A stretch of DNA of 64,000 nucleotides from Nitrospirota bacterium (GTDB lineage: Bacteria; Nitrospirota; Nitrospiria; Nitrospirales; Nitrospiraceae), in the NCBI GenBank assembly GCA_018971525.1, contig JAGXAR010000013.1:2389-66388 (forward strand), given 5' to 3'. The position numbers were made by a program, and so were the translations under genes. Below the pieces are notes generated by a model that was given only the letters and a program-made list of their open reading frames with translations, ran no database searches and was not told the origin of the DNA. Shown piece after piece: positions 18,938-28,525 of the stretch (position 1 is its first letter; the number at the start of each line of letters is the position of its first letter).

Positions 18938-20750
18938 GACGCTCCTTTTCGCTGAGAGCGTTCTGAGGCATGAGGGGCAGCGATCCCGTCTCAGGCTGCA
19001 CGATGACTGAGCCAGAACGAACGCGCTCATAAATTTCGAACGCCTGTTCATGTCGCTCTCCGGTTTCTGTCACGACATCATCACTATAGACTCGTTTCCA
19101 GCGATCGGGGAATCTCTCGACTACCCTCTTCATGAAGCGTTTGCTATCAATAGCCAGTCCCTCGTCAAGAATGAGGTAGGTGACCGGCACGGACTCCAAG
19201 AGTTGCTCTGCCTTGATGGGATCAGACTCGAAAGGAGGCATCACCGTCTTGTTTCCCGTTCTTAGATAGACCCAATGGGGCATCGAAACGGCAATGACGT
19301 CACTTGGTTTGGCATGCGCCATCATCCAATCCACACCGGAATCGAGTGCGCGATAGGAGTCCATATAGAAAAACAGGCGATACCTAACCGTATCGCCTTG
19401 CCGGGTTTCGTACTGCACCGGGAGGTGGCGCTTCGCATAGACCGCACTGGTCGTCGCAATCTGTTGTACGGTGATCCCGACTACAACCAAGCATGCAATA
19501 GCACGGACTCCGCTCTTCCATCTGCTCGGCGGAGGTTGCCTCGATTGCTCCAATACCCAGGCAATGGCGGTGCACATGGCCAATGCCAACAAGGGGACCG
19601 TCGGCATCAGATACCGATTAAATTGCTCCGGCCAGGGTGTGAGGCAGATGACCGAAATGAAAGAGAGGACGCAAAGCGGGATAATAAGATTTCCTTGGGT
19701 TGCAAGTAGGCCCGTGCCAATCAGAACGAGGCATCCCAAGGCAAACAATGGAAGATCAACAATCCACTGTGGTCCGGCTTCAATACCCAATCGCTTTGAG
19801 ATCTCCTCCCGTTCTACCTCCCACACACGCCTCATCGAACTCACGGACTCTCCGATATACCTCGTTACCTGGGTAACATTGTGGAAGTATCGTTCGACCC
19901 GATCCGAGAATGTCGAGTACCCCAGGTCCGGGGCAAAGGGGTCGTTGAGCGAGACGTTCCTTGCGTAGCTGACGTTGTAGAACATGTAATCGGCGCGCTG
20001 ATAGGCATATATGGGGTGTTGATACTCCGCGCTTGTCTCGACGTACTGTACATACGAGAACCATCCAACGACTGGAACCGCCGCAATGGCGACTCGAATG
20101 ACCGCGGCCTTCCATTGCCTCCTCACGAGCCCTTCAGCTATCCAAGCCGCGAGCAGAGCAATGCCGGCAGTACGCAATGCAAACGCTGTAATGGCAAAGG
20201 CGCCTGCCCAGGCTTGAGTGGGCCACCGCTTTTCACTTGAATAGGCAAGGAGAAATCCAACGGTGAAAAGACCATAGAGCATGTCCGGGAAACACAAATC
20301 TGACAGAAAGTACGTATGGACGTTCAAGAGGCATACGACACTCCCGAAGAAGGCGTAGGCGCTCGAAAGATGCCGTCGCAGGAACGCATAAATAGCAAAG
20401 ATATAAGTCGCAAACGCTAAAAATGATGAGAGTCGGAGAAAGCGGCCAACGACAAGAGGGTCGCTTGTCCCAAGCACGATTTGATGTGCCGCAATGATCA
20501 GCGGAAGTAGTGGAGGATACTGATTTGCCTCGATCTCACCAGGTTCATTGAGAAGCCGATAGCCTTTCCCCTCAGCGAGCGACGTCCCGAGCACATAGTA
20601 CGCGCCGCCATCCCAGCGCAAATCGATCGGTCCATGGATACGGGGCACCCATAGGGCGACGACCAGTAGCCCTAACAGCGCGCATGGAGTCCACTCTTTG
20701 CGCGCCTGGTTGCGAAGCATTGACCAAGCAGCCAGTACAAGTCGGTTCAT
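18924..20750 (-). CDS. GT-C fold polytopic glycosyltransferase (ArnT/PMT-like), second copy
   Basis: 608-aa ORF with ATG start and many TM helices. The first loop reads DLRWDGGAYYVLGTSLAEGKGYRL. A large C-terminal soluble domain follows. Confidence 0.6.
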   Translation of the reverse strand: MNRLVLAAWSMLRNQARKEWTPCALLGLLVVALWVPRIHGPIDLRWDGGAYYVLGTSLAEGKGYRLLNEPGEIEANQYPPLLPLIIAAHQIVLGTSDPLVVGRFLRLSSFLAFATYIFAIYAFLRRHLSSAYAFFGSVVCLLNVHTYFLSDLCFPDMLYGLFTVGFLLAYSSEKRWPTQAWAGAFAITAFALRTAGIALLAAWIAEGLVRRQWKAAVIRVAIAAVPVVGWFSYVQYVETSAEYQHPIYAYQRADYMFYNVSYARNVSLNDPFAPDLGYSTFSDRVERYFHNVTQVTRYIGESVSSMRRVWEVEREEISKRLGIEAGPQWIVDLPLFALGCLVLIGTGLLATQGNLIIPLCVLSFISVICLTPWPEQFNRYLMPTVPLLALAMCTAIAWVLEQSRQPPPSRWKSGVRAIACLVVVGITVQQIATTSAVYAKRHLPVQYETRQGDTVRYRLFFYMDSYRALDSGVDWMMAHAKPSDVIAVSMPHWVYLRTGNKTVMPPFESDPIKAEQLLESVPVTYLILDEGLAIDSKRFMKRVVERFPDRWKRVYSDDVVTETGERHEQAFEIYERVRSGSVIVQPETGSLPLMPQNALSEKERHDVG

Positions 20751-20797
20751 GATGTCTCGTCACACAGGCTGAATAGTCATACGCAGTCACTTTCGCT

Positions 20798-21115
20798 TTA
20801 TCTCTGACGGACATTGACTACCCTGTTGTAGATTCGTCCAATGGCCCACCCGACGGCCCCCCCGGTCATGGCTCCGTATACTAATCCTACAAATGCGCCT
20901 GGCCACGTCACGGAGTATCCGACAAAATAGTTGGAGAGGAGTTGAAGATGCTGCCCGGCCTGCTGACCATCTTTGATCACGAGCCAAGCCGTCATCGCAA
21001 ATAACCCGACACCTCCGATTACCGCGCAGACCACTGCCAGGGCGTCCGCCTTGATCCGGGCGAGGGTTCGACTGATTTCGTCCGTCTGCTTCGATTGCGA
21101 ATTCATAGAGCTCAC
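20798..21115 (-). CDS. Small 2-TM glycine-zipper membrane protein, paralog of the C-terminus of the upstream FAD oxidoreductase
   Basis: 105-aa ORF with GTG start. LLSNYFVGYSVTWPGAFVGLVYGAMTGGAVGWAIG aligns with [36 protein letters not shown] of ORF 21135-22976. Confidence 0.6.
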   Translation of the reverse strand: MSSMNSQSKQTDEISRTLARIKADALAVVCAVIGGVGLFAMTAWLVIKDGQQAGQHLQLLSNYFVGYSVTWPGAFVGLVYGAMTGGAVGWAIGRIYNRVVNVRQR

Positions 21116-21134
21116 CTACCTTCTCGCGAATGGG

Positions 21135-22976
21135 TTACATCTTGTCGAGCAGATGGCGGCGGTCCTCACGCTCTCCGCGCCACCGCACGATCTTTGCGTA
21201 GGCCTTGAGCGCCCAGTTTCTTAGTCCGGCAGCAAGGGCCCCCACCGCAAACCCCAACATCCCTCCTTCAAATAGACCCATAACCGCACCGGTCCACGTG
21301 ACTTCAAACCCGAAGAGGTAATTCGCGAGCAAGGACAACGTTGGGCCGACCACAGTCCCACCTCTCAGTAACAGAATGGCTGAGGCCATAAAGATCCCGA
21401 GACCGCTCACAACCCCCACGGCTACCCCTAAGGCGAGTGGATCTATTTTCGCGAAGGCGATTTCGATCACTTTGTCTTCAGGTTCCTCTATCGCCTCACC
21501 GACCGATACGCTGACTCGTGTTGGCACCAGCCGATCGCCGGCGCTCGACTTGGCCACCCGTTCTTCCTCGTGGTATTCCTTCTCCGTGTTGACCGACCAG
21601 ACATCGTGCCGTTCCCCCAAGATGTTGCCGGCCGCATACACACCGGTCAGCATTGAATGGTCCTGGTTGTTATACCGATGCAGCCCGTTTCGCCCGATGG
21701 TCTGTAAATTCGAGAACGTCTCCAGATACCGCCGGATGGTGGCAACACTTTCTTGGTACGTTTGGTCATAGACCGGATAGGCCTTCTCCATACGCACCAC
21801 CGTCCCGTCTTTGACCTCCCGCGGTTCGATCAACCCGATTTGCGCACATTCTCGAATCCCCAATTCTATGAGCCGCTCCTGCGACCAAGTCCATTCTTCG
21901 TCCTTGTCCCACAAGAAGTATTCCAATCCCAGTGAGGTCCGCGATGGATCCGGGACCATGTAGGGACTCCAGTTCTTGTAATTCTGAATCCGCCCGAGCT
22001 TGACCTCCGGCGAATGGACATAGAGCCAATTATCAGGGAAGACGGACTCGCGATCGATGACCAGCACCACCGTCAGATAATCCCGGTAGCGGAGGGCTTG
22101 TGCGGCCTTGAACACTTCTTCAGGCGGCAATGGGTCCAGCGCATGGACAAGTTCACGCAGCGGCATGGTCGACACAAAGTGCCGACCATCGTACTCAAGC
22201 TGCTCACCGCTTGCACTCCACCCGGACACGCAGTCGACCCGGCCCTGACGGTGCCGTATACGCTCCACCTTCACCCCCTGCACCGTCCGGGACCCCTGAC
22301 TTTCGATCAGGCTTCGGCACCGTTCCCACATCAGCCCCGGCCCAAAGCGGGGATAGTGGAACTGCTCAATCAGCGAGGTCAGCGTTGACCCATCCATCCC
22401 CTGCTTGGCTCCAAACAACGCGTTCCGCACGGCTTGTTTGAGGGAGAGATTCTTGATCCGTTGCGCGGCCCAGTCCGCCGAGATCTCATGACAGGGAATG
22501 CCCCAGACTTTTTCCGTGTAGGTCTTGAAGAAGATATTGTAGAGCCGATACCCAAACCGGTTGGACACCCATTGTTCGAAGGTCTTTTCGTCGTGGATGT
22601 GGAAGAACTTGGCCTTTATGTAGCTGAGGCCGATAAGAAACGATTCGAGCGGACCGAGACCGGCAAGCGCATTCAGCGGTTTGAGGGGATAGTCGAAGAA
22701 ATGCTGGTTGTAGTAAATGCGTGAAATCCGCGGGCGCAGTAGAAACTCTTCTCCAAGGATTTCATGCCACAACTCATTAATCAGGGGGACCTTGGAGAAG
22801 AATCGATGTCCACCGATATCAAAGCGATAGCCACGGTAATTAACCGTCTTAGATATACCCCCTACCTGATCGCTGGCCTCGAGCACCGTGGAGGTTACGC
22901 CACGCTTACCTAACTCATAGGCTGCCGTCAACCCTGCTGGTCCCGCACCGATGATGACAGAAGATTCTCGGCTCAT
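21135..22976 (-). CDS. FAD-dependent oxidoreductase (amine-oxidase/UDP-galactopyranose-mutase-like fold) with C-terminal membrane module
   Basis: [20 protein letters not shown]...QVGG...DIGGHRFF dinucleotide-binding signature. The last ~110 aa are hydrophobic. ATGA overlap with the upstream GT2. Confidence 0.75.
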   Translation of the reverse strand: MSRESSVIIGAGPAGLTAAYELGKRGVTSTVLEASDQVGGISKTVNYRGYRFDIGGHRFFSKVPLINELWHEILGEEFLLRPRISRIYYNQHFFDYPLKPLNALAGLGPLESFLIGLSYIKAKFFHIHDEKTFEQWVSNRFGYRLYNIFFKTYTEKVWGIPCHEISADWAAQRIKNLSLKQAVRNALFGAKQGMDGSTLTSLIEQFHYPRFGPGLMWERCRSLIESQGSRTVQGVKVERIRHRQGRVDCVSGWSASGEQLEYDGRHFVSTMPLRELVHALDPLPPEEVFKAAQALRYRDYLTVVLVIDRESVFPDNWLYVHSPEVKLGRIQNYKNWSPYMVPDPSRTSLGLEYFLWDKDEEWTWSQERLIELGIRECAQIGLIEPREVKDGTVVRMEKAYPVYDQTYQESVATIRRYLETFSNLQTIGRNGLHRYNNQDHSMLTGVYAAGNILGERHDVWSVNTEKEYHEEERVAKSSAGDRLVPTRVSVSVGEAIEEPEDKVIEIAFAKIDPLALGVAVGVVSGLGIFMASAILLLRGGTVVGPTLSLLANYLFGFEVTWTGAVMGLFEGGMLGFAVGALAAGLRNWALKAYAKIVRWRGEREDRRHLLDKM

Positions 22977-24088
22977 GAGCGTTTCTCTCCCCGCGATCCT
23001 GAACGCAGTGCTTCCGGAGTGAGAGGTGCAGCAGCCCTCCCGAGGCCTTGATCGCCCTTAACGGCGTGGCGCACTGTCCCAATCGCAAAGGCAGCCCCGC
23101 TGTAGAGAAAGTAGAGCCAGTGCCATGGAATGGCTTGGGCCGCAAATCGGAGCCCTCGCTTCTCCAGAAAAAACCGGTAGAGCCGGGCATTGAGGATGAA
23201 GAGCATCAGCCCCATGACGGCGGCACCGGCCAGGAGAAGCGGCTGCCAGGGGGACAGGAACAGTGCACCCAGAATTCCGAACGTCAACACGACGCTCATA
23301 CGCCCGGAGATCCCGATGTTCAAATCGTTCACAAAACCGCGATTCCGATGTATGAGCTGAGTCCATGGCAGGGCTCGCTGAAAGAAGTCGGCCTGTAACA
23401 TCGACACGACCGTCCAGCGTTTCCAATGTTTGACCTGGAGGGACTTGCACAGCCGAATCGTATGACGAGCTTTCTTGAGGCGGTACCCCAGTTCAATGTC
23501 TTCTATAGAGGGCTTGATGTAGGTCTCATTGAAGCCACCCATCGTGAGGAATACTTCTCGACGGATCGCACCGCAGGCTCCCCAAAATGTTGAGGCCTCC
23601 TCGCGGCCGTTCTGATGGACATAATGATGGAGCAGGTTCCGGTATTGCGAGAGAAAGTTTGGCTCTTTGGGTTGATCATCATACGACCCGATAACCGCCG
23701 CTACCTCAGCATGCTGAACAAAGATCTCCCTCACCCGACGGATAACATTCTCAGGAACGGTCACATCGGCATCGACGAAAAAGAGAATGTCCGACTTCGC
23801 CCTCGATGCTCCAAGGTTTCTGGCACGACCGGGTCCTCCTGGTGCAGGAAAGCGATAAACGGTAACGCCGGCTGCTTCTGCATACTGCGATGACCCATCC
23901 GTGTCGCCATCGCCAACCACGATGAGTTCATCTGGTTGAGGCGCGGCATGCCGTATCGAGTCCAGACTCGCGCGAAACGTTGCGCCCCCGTTGTAGACCG
24001 GAACAATAACTGCGACGGTCAAGGGTGAAAGATTCAATGTTGTTTCCCCATCCCGGCGTATCACGCACCCAGTGCCGGAGCGAGTCAT
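22973..24088 (-). CDS. Glycosyltransferase family 2 with C-terminal TM helices
   Basis: [14 protein letters not shown]...[12 protein letters not shown]...FFVDADV. This is the first gene after a 309-bp AT-richer gap. Confidence 0.8.
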   Translation of the reverse strand: MTRSGTGCVIRRDGETTLNLSPLTVAVIVPVYNGGATFRASLDSIRHAAPQPDELIVVGDGDTDGSSQYAEAAGVTVYRFPAPGGPGRARNLGASRAKSDILFFVDADVTVPENVIRRVREIFVQHAEVAAVIGSYDDQPKEPNFLSQYRNLLHHYVHQNGREEASTFWGACGAIRREVFLTMGGFNETYIKPSIEDIELGYRLKKARHTIRLCKSLQVKHWKRWTVVSMLQADFFQRALPWTQLIHRNRGFVNDLNIGISGRMSVVLTFGILGALFLSPWQPLLLAGAAVMGLMLFILNARLYRFFLEKRGLRFAAQAIPWHWLYFLYSGAAFAIGTVRHAVKGDQGLGRAAAPLTPEALRSGSRGEKRS

Positions 24089-24397
24089 CCGGAGTTGCTG
24101 GTCGTCGCTTGAACACTTTCACATACTAGCAGCGTGAACCCTATGAATTCTGAATAGATTAGACGATACAACCCAGCACAACAAGCCCACCGTGAACAGG
24201 GAGAGTACCTACGGAAGATGGATAGACAGAGGACGAGTTCCCGCCTGACTGATCGGGCACCACCCCACACCTTTCCTGATGATCTAAAGGTCATCGTCTT
24301 ATAGACCGTGAATACGAGAAACAACGGGCAATAATCGACGACCGGGTCACGCCATCACAAAGCGGATCATTTCATAGGGCTGAAACCCACACTCTGC

Positions 24398-24769
24398 TTA
24401 GACACGCCGGGATTGCTCATTTTCTGGCACGACACCCGTCACAGCTCGCTGAAAGCCTTTGTCGACAAAGGACCGCATCATGTGCGCGCAGAGAGCGACC
24501 TGAATCGAGAGACCTCGAAAACCAGGCTCGGTAAACGGTTCATAAACATAAATACTTTTGCCCGGTAACGGAACGACAAGCGGCGCATAAGGGGACATGT
24601 AAATTCGATGAGGGGTTGCCCAGGCAACTGCAATCAGGCGGCCCTCGTAGCGTGCGACAAAACAAGTATGGCCGTGGCTGAAGCGATTCTGGACCAGCGA
24701 CTCCTGTCCTTTGGGTCGCAACTGGAGACACTCAGTCATGCGAGTATCTTCCAAACACTGGATCGTCAC
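24398..24769 (-). CDS. GNAT-family acetyltransferase (catalytic C-terminal part)
   Basis: CFVARYEGRLIAVAWA...YVYEPFTEPGFRGLSIQVAL resembles the GNAT beta4-alpha3 motif A. GTG start in a GTGA overlap with ORF 24766-24966. Confidence 0.5.
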   Translation of the reverse strand: MTIQCLEDTRMTECLQLRPKGQESLVQNRFSHGHTCFVARYEGRLIAVAWATPHRIYMSPYAPLVVPLPGKSIYVYEPFTEPGFRGLSIQVALCAHMMRSFVDKGFQRAVTGVVPENEQSRRV

Positions 24770-24966
24770 ACGTTCACGCGACGCGAGATCATCGTGATCC
24801 GCCCGTCTAACGCTCGCTCCAGCAACAAAACTCTTCTATACACAGTAGCCGCCAGAATCTTGAACCACACCTGTTCGAGCCGGTCTTTCCAAAATTTCAC
24901 GGCAGGACCATCGACGCACAGACTGTTTAGCTTCGCTACCCTGCTAAGGAATTTCTGATTTAGCAT
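24766..24966 (-). CDS. Possible detached N-terminal segment of the GNAT protein
   Basis: 66-aa ORF whose ATG lies 5 nt after the ATP-grasp stop. ...VYRRVLLLERAL... resembles the N-terminal extension of ~190-aa EPS-locus GNATs. Deleting 2 nt in the GTGTG run at 24766-24771 would fuse it in frame to ORF 24398-24769. Confidence 0.3.
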   Translation of the reverse strand: MLNQKFLSRVAKLNSLCVDGPAVKFWKDRLEQVWFKILAATVYRRVLLLERALDGRITMISRRVNV

Positions 24967-24970
24967 GTAT

Positions 24971-26317
24971 TCAAGAAAATCTTTGGTACATGTCTTCAAC
25001 GTCTTCCCGAGAGCTTCCCAGGAACACAAGATCGCACATCCCGTTGGCTAACCGCCCGGTGTTGTAGGGGATGACTCCACGCCCCGCGCAGGGATCGAAG
25101 AAAAACCGACTATGCATTTCTTGCAGTTCAGAAAAAGAGGCTGCCTTCGTTGTTATCTTGGCCGATAGAAAAGCCTTGATGAGAGGGCTCGAGCGTCCAG
25201 CCTGCCACGCGTTCAGACGCTCCATCAAGAATACCGGATAGGTTGCCGCATTTACTCTTGCGTTGATCTCGACAAAGATATGCTCATACGCCCCAGTCTC
25301 CGGATGAACATATTCGACGAAATCGAACCCGGCCAAGCCGGTGAATCCTCTCGTCTGTAGCCACTGGGCAAGTTTCCTCGCCGAACAGATCATGCCTGCC
25401 AGCGTCCTGGCAGTCGACGGAAACACGTTGCCCTTATGCGAGAATTTCTTGTCCACGCGTTGATCAGTGGCGCCCACGCACCAAATTGCACCGGTGTCAG
25501 GCTCCACAAACATCTGCACGTTCGGAGTCGCAACGATATCAAACATCACTTGCACGAGATAGATGTGATGGATTTGTTGCTCAACAAATGTTCTTAATTT
25601 CCGCTCGATGTCCTCGGAAGCCCCCTCGGCAACGAATGTGCCTGATCCCGCGGCACCATATGTCCCCCTCACAATCACTCTTCCGGTGTGAGAAACATAT
25701 CGCGCGATCACCTTTAGTAACGGAGTCACGTCGAGGCGGCTACAGTCAGAATGTGCGTGGAGCTCGACAATCTCTCCTGGAGCCAGGGGGACAGCCAGTT
25801 CGTATGCCTTGGCATGAGCGAGATGTTTCAGGTTGGCGTGCGCTACAATGTCGGCATTCCCACCCAGGACACGGATCGGCTTGCCCAGTGTGTCCTCCAA
25901 TACCGCCGCAAGATCAAATTCGGCAGACGATGCAAGGTAGGGATTCAGCACAACGCGGTTCCTGTCAGGAATCAGTTCGTGGATCGCACGAAGCGGCTTT
26001 GTGTTGCGGAGAAGCATGCTCGCAAGAGTCCAGTCCGGGTCATCACCGGACTCAGCCTTGATTTCTATAATGCGATCGCCTTTGGGACCAAGGCCTAGAC
26101 TCGACAGATAGTCGACGTACCGACGATCAACGTTGCCTACGACACAGACTATGTCATCCGGTCTCGCGAGAATCAGCGCTCGTTGGTCGTAATGCTCGTA
26201 CCCAGGGAGGTACGTCTCAAGGGCATTTCGTTGGACTAATGCAGTGATGTGGTGGGTAAAAATCTGAGTGACTTCCGTGTCCTCGATTGTACGAAGGATA
26301 GATGTCATTTCGTCCAT
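24971..26317 (-). CDS. ATP-grasp family ligase
   Basis: 448-aa ORF whose ATG is preceded by GAGGTGA. FDFVEY...FVEINARVNAATYP matches the E-x-N-x-R ATP-grasp core. Confidence 0.7.
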   Translation of the reverse strand: MDEMTSILRTIEDTEVTQIFTHHITALVQRNALETYLPGYEHYDQRALILARPDDIVCVVGNVDRRYVDYLSSLGLGPKGDRIIEIKAESGDDPDWTLASMLLRNTKPLRAIHELIPDRNRVVLNPYLASSAEFDLAAVLEDTLGKPIRVLGGNADIVAHANLKHLAHAKAYELAVPLAPGEIVELHAHSDCSRLDVTPLLKVIARYVSHTGRVIVRGTYGAAGSGTFVAEGASEDIERKLRTFVEQQIHHIYLVQVMFDIVATPNVQMFVEPDTGAIWCVGATDQRVDKKFSHKGNVFPSTARTLAGMICSARKLAQWLQTRGFTGLAGFDFVEYVHPETGAYEHIFVEINARVNAATYPVFLMERLNAWQAGRSSPLIKAFLSAKITTKAASFSELQEMHSRFFFDPCAGRGVIPYNTGRLANGMCDLVFLGSSREDVEDMYQRFS

Positions 26318-26413
26318 TTTCGTTCACCTCGCCCACATGGGGCGACGAGTATCGTTCCAGATAATAGGCCGTGGGTCCCTCGCACCTCTCAATTGAGCAC
26401 CTCCGATTCAGGC

Positions 26414-27160
26414 CTATCGTTTTTTGGCTTTCATGAATAACAGCTCCCAATTCATGCGACACGCGTTTCTTTCGACGGAATAGCCCACGTGCTTTCGAAT
26501 ACCCTCTACTACCTGGGCAGAGTCTGCTTTATCGACCCCGAACAACATTTGACAAAACCCTCCCATGGCCTGAGGGGAATCAAATTCCCAGTGAAATGGG
26601 ATCAGCGGTGACTCCATGATCACAAACCCACATCCCGCGATCTCTTCTTGGGTCTTGGCATGGATATAATTCCCTTTGTGTCCCATCGTATTGTGCTCGT
26701 TGACAAATCCGTCCAAGAATTCAGAGACTGCCGACTGGGCTCGCACGTCAGCAATAGTAAATGTGCCGCCCTGTCTCAATATGCGACAGGCCTCGGAGAA
26801 GAACCGTTCCTTCTCATCGACATGGTGCAACGCAGCCAAGCTGATGACTTTATCCACGGAGCCGGTCTCGACAGGAATATCCTCCAATGTTCCCAGCAAC
26901 ACGTTGGACGCGCCATTATCCCGGCAGAGATCGGCAAACACCTCTGATGTTTCGAGATGGATAAACGATAGGGTTCGATCGACAAAGTTTCTCAAATACC
27001 CACCGCCAGAGGGAACATCACAGACGATCTCTCCGTCTTTCAGGTCGGCCATGCGGACGACATGATGGAATTCCTCTGTTCGAGCCTGCGGGTATAGGGT
27101 CATCGCTTGATGATACAGATGACCCCTCTTTTGAAAGATATCGCGGTACGCTGTAAACAT
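26414..27160 (-). CDS. Class I SAM-dependent methyltransferase
   Basis: VCDVPSGGGYL (motif I) and VISLAALHHV (post-II) patterns. Confidence 0.75.
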   Translation of the reverse strand: MFTAYRDIFQKRGHLYHQAMTLYPQARTEEFHHVVRMADLKDGEIVCDVPSGGGYLRNFVDRTLSFIHLETSEVFADLCRDNGASNVLLGTLEDIPVETGSVDKVISLAALHHVDEKERFFSEACRILRQGGTFTIADVRAQSAVSEFLDGFVNEHNTMGHKGNYIHAKTQEEIAGCGFVIMESPLIPFHWEFDSPQAMGGFCQMLFGVDKADSAQVVEGIRKHVGYSVERNACRMNWELLFMKAKKR

Positions 27161-27163
27161 TGG

Positions 27164-28525
27164 TCACCCCGTGTTCTTCCTGCCCACGTCGCGGTGATCG
27201 GGCCACTCAAATCCGTCATAAGCTGATCGAATGCGGGATCGATAGACTCGAAATTTCCCGTTTGCGTCCATCGGGATTTCCGATACGAGCTCTACCCGGA
27301 ACTGCACGTCCGGACCGACCAACTCGACGACCGGTTGAACCAACGCTGCCATCTCCTGGGTGGACGGTCTATGAAACGGAACCACTCTCATCACGATAGA
27401 ATCCAAGCCCTCCTGGGTAACCTGAAACTCTCGAATCCAGGGAACCCTAATGACCCCGAGTTCATATGGATGGACAACCCTGTTGCCGGGAAGCACGAAA
27501 TAGTCGATCATGCGCCCTTGGATCGATCGAATCGTCGAGAACGGTTGTCCGCATGGACAGGCTTGGCTTCCCTTTGTGACCACATCGCCAAGCTGGTATC
27601 GGATCAGCGGCATCGCAAAGGAAAGCAAGTCGGTGCCCACAATTTCTCCCCTCTCCCCTTCCGCCACAGGGATACCATCCCGCAGGACTTCCGTAATTAA
27701 CCCGTCGTCACATGAGTGATACTCCCCTGTTGCCCGGCATTCCCAAGCAAGAAGGTGAAATTCGATGCTTCCATACGTGTCGCAGACGGGCACGGAAAAC
27801 CCGTCCTGAATCTGTTGACGCATGAGCGGCGTCAGCACTTCTCCGCCGGTATTCACAAAGCGTAGCCGGAGTGATCGCAGTTCCTCGCTACTGATTGTCT
27901 GCGCGATTCTGGCCAACACGCCGGGATAGCCCGACACGACAGCGGGCCTGAACCGGTGCAGAGCCCGAACAATCTCCTCAGGTGATTGCAGGGCGTTGAC
28001 GACCATTTGGCGTGCAATCCCGAAGGTGGCCAGCATGCGCTGAACTATTTGGTGATCCTGCCGTTGGTGACTCCTAAGCCCCATCACATAACAAAGCTTG
28101 TCGCTCGCTCGGAGGCCCAGCGACCGGAGCGCACGTAACGCGAATGCGCCGTGCAGACGCTCCTCCATCCAAGTACGGCGCACGATGAATGGTCTCCCGG
28201 TTGACCCACTTGAAGCACGAGTGATTAGACACTGCGGCTTCACATGTCGGGCGACTACCTCTTCGACCGGTAAACCTTGCATATCACTCCTGGAGGTGAT
28301 GGGCACGGCAGCAAGATCCTGGACCGTTTTGATGTCGTGAGGTTTCAGTCGATGTCGATCAAAGATCTCGCGGTAGTAGGCCACATTGCGATAGGCATGT
28401 TCGACCAACCGGCGAAGACGTTCGTTTTGGAAGGCAACGAGCTGCTCCCGTCCGACATGCGGATGGCGCAGCATGGAATAGAGCGTCGATACAGGGCTGA
28501 AATGAGACATACTCGTCCCTTTCAT
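27164..28525 (-). CDS. Adenylate-forming enzyme, phenylacetate-CoA ligase/CapK/F390-synthetase family (copy 3)
   Basis: TRASSGSTGRPF AMP-binding loop and a CPCG motif shared with the two paralogs. The ORF-track start is GTG 28537; ATG 28525 forms an ATGA overlap with the AsnB-like stop. Confidence 0.75.
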   Translation of the reverse strand: MKGTSMSHFSPVSTLYSMLRHPHVGREQLVAFQNERLRRLVEHAYRNVAYYREIFDRHRLKPHDIKTVQDLAAVPITSRSDMQGLPVEEVVARHVKPQCLITRASSGSTGRPFIVRRTWMEERLHGAFALRALRSLGLRASDKLCYVMGLRSHQRQDHQIVQRMLATFGIARQMVVNALQSPEEIVRALHRFRPAVVSGYPGVLARIAQTISSEELRSLRLRFVNTGGEVLTPLMRQQIQDGFSVPVCDTYGSIEFHLLAWECRATGEYHSCDDGLITEVLRDGIPVAEGERGEIVGTDLLSFAMPLIRYQLGDVVTKGSQACPCGQPFSTIRSIQGRMIDYFVLPGNRVVHPYELGVIRVPWIREFQVTQEGLDSIVMRVVPFHRPSTQEMAALVQPVVELVGPDVQFRVELVSEIPMDANGKFRVYRSRIRSAYDGFEWPDHRDVGRKNTG

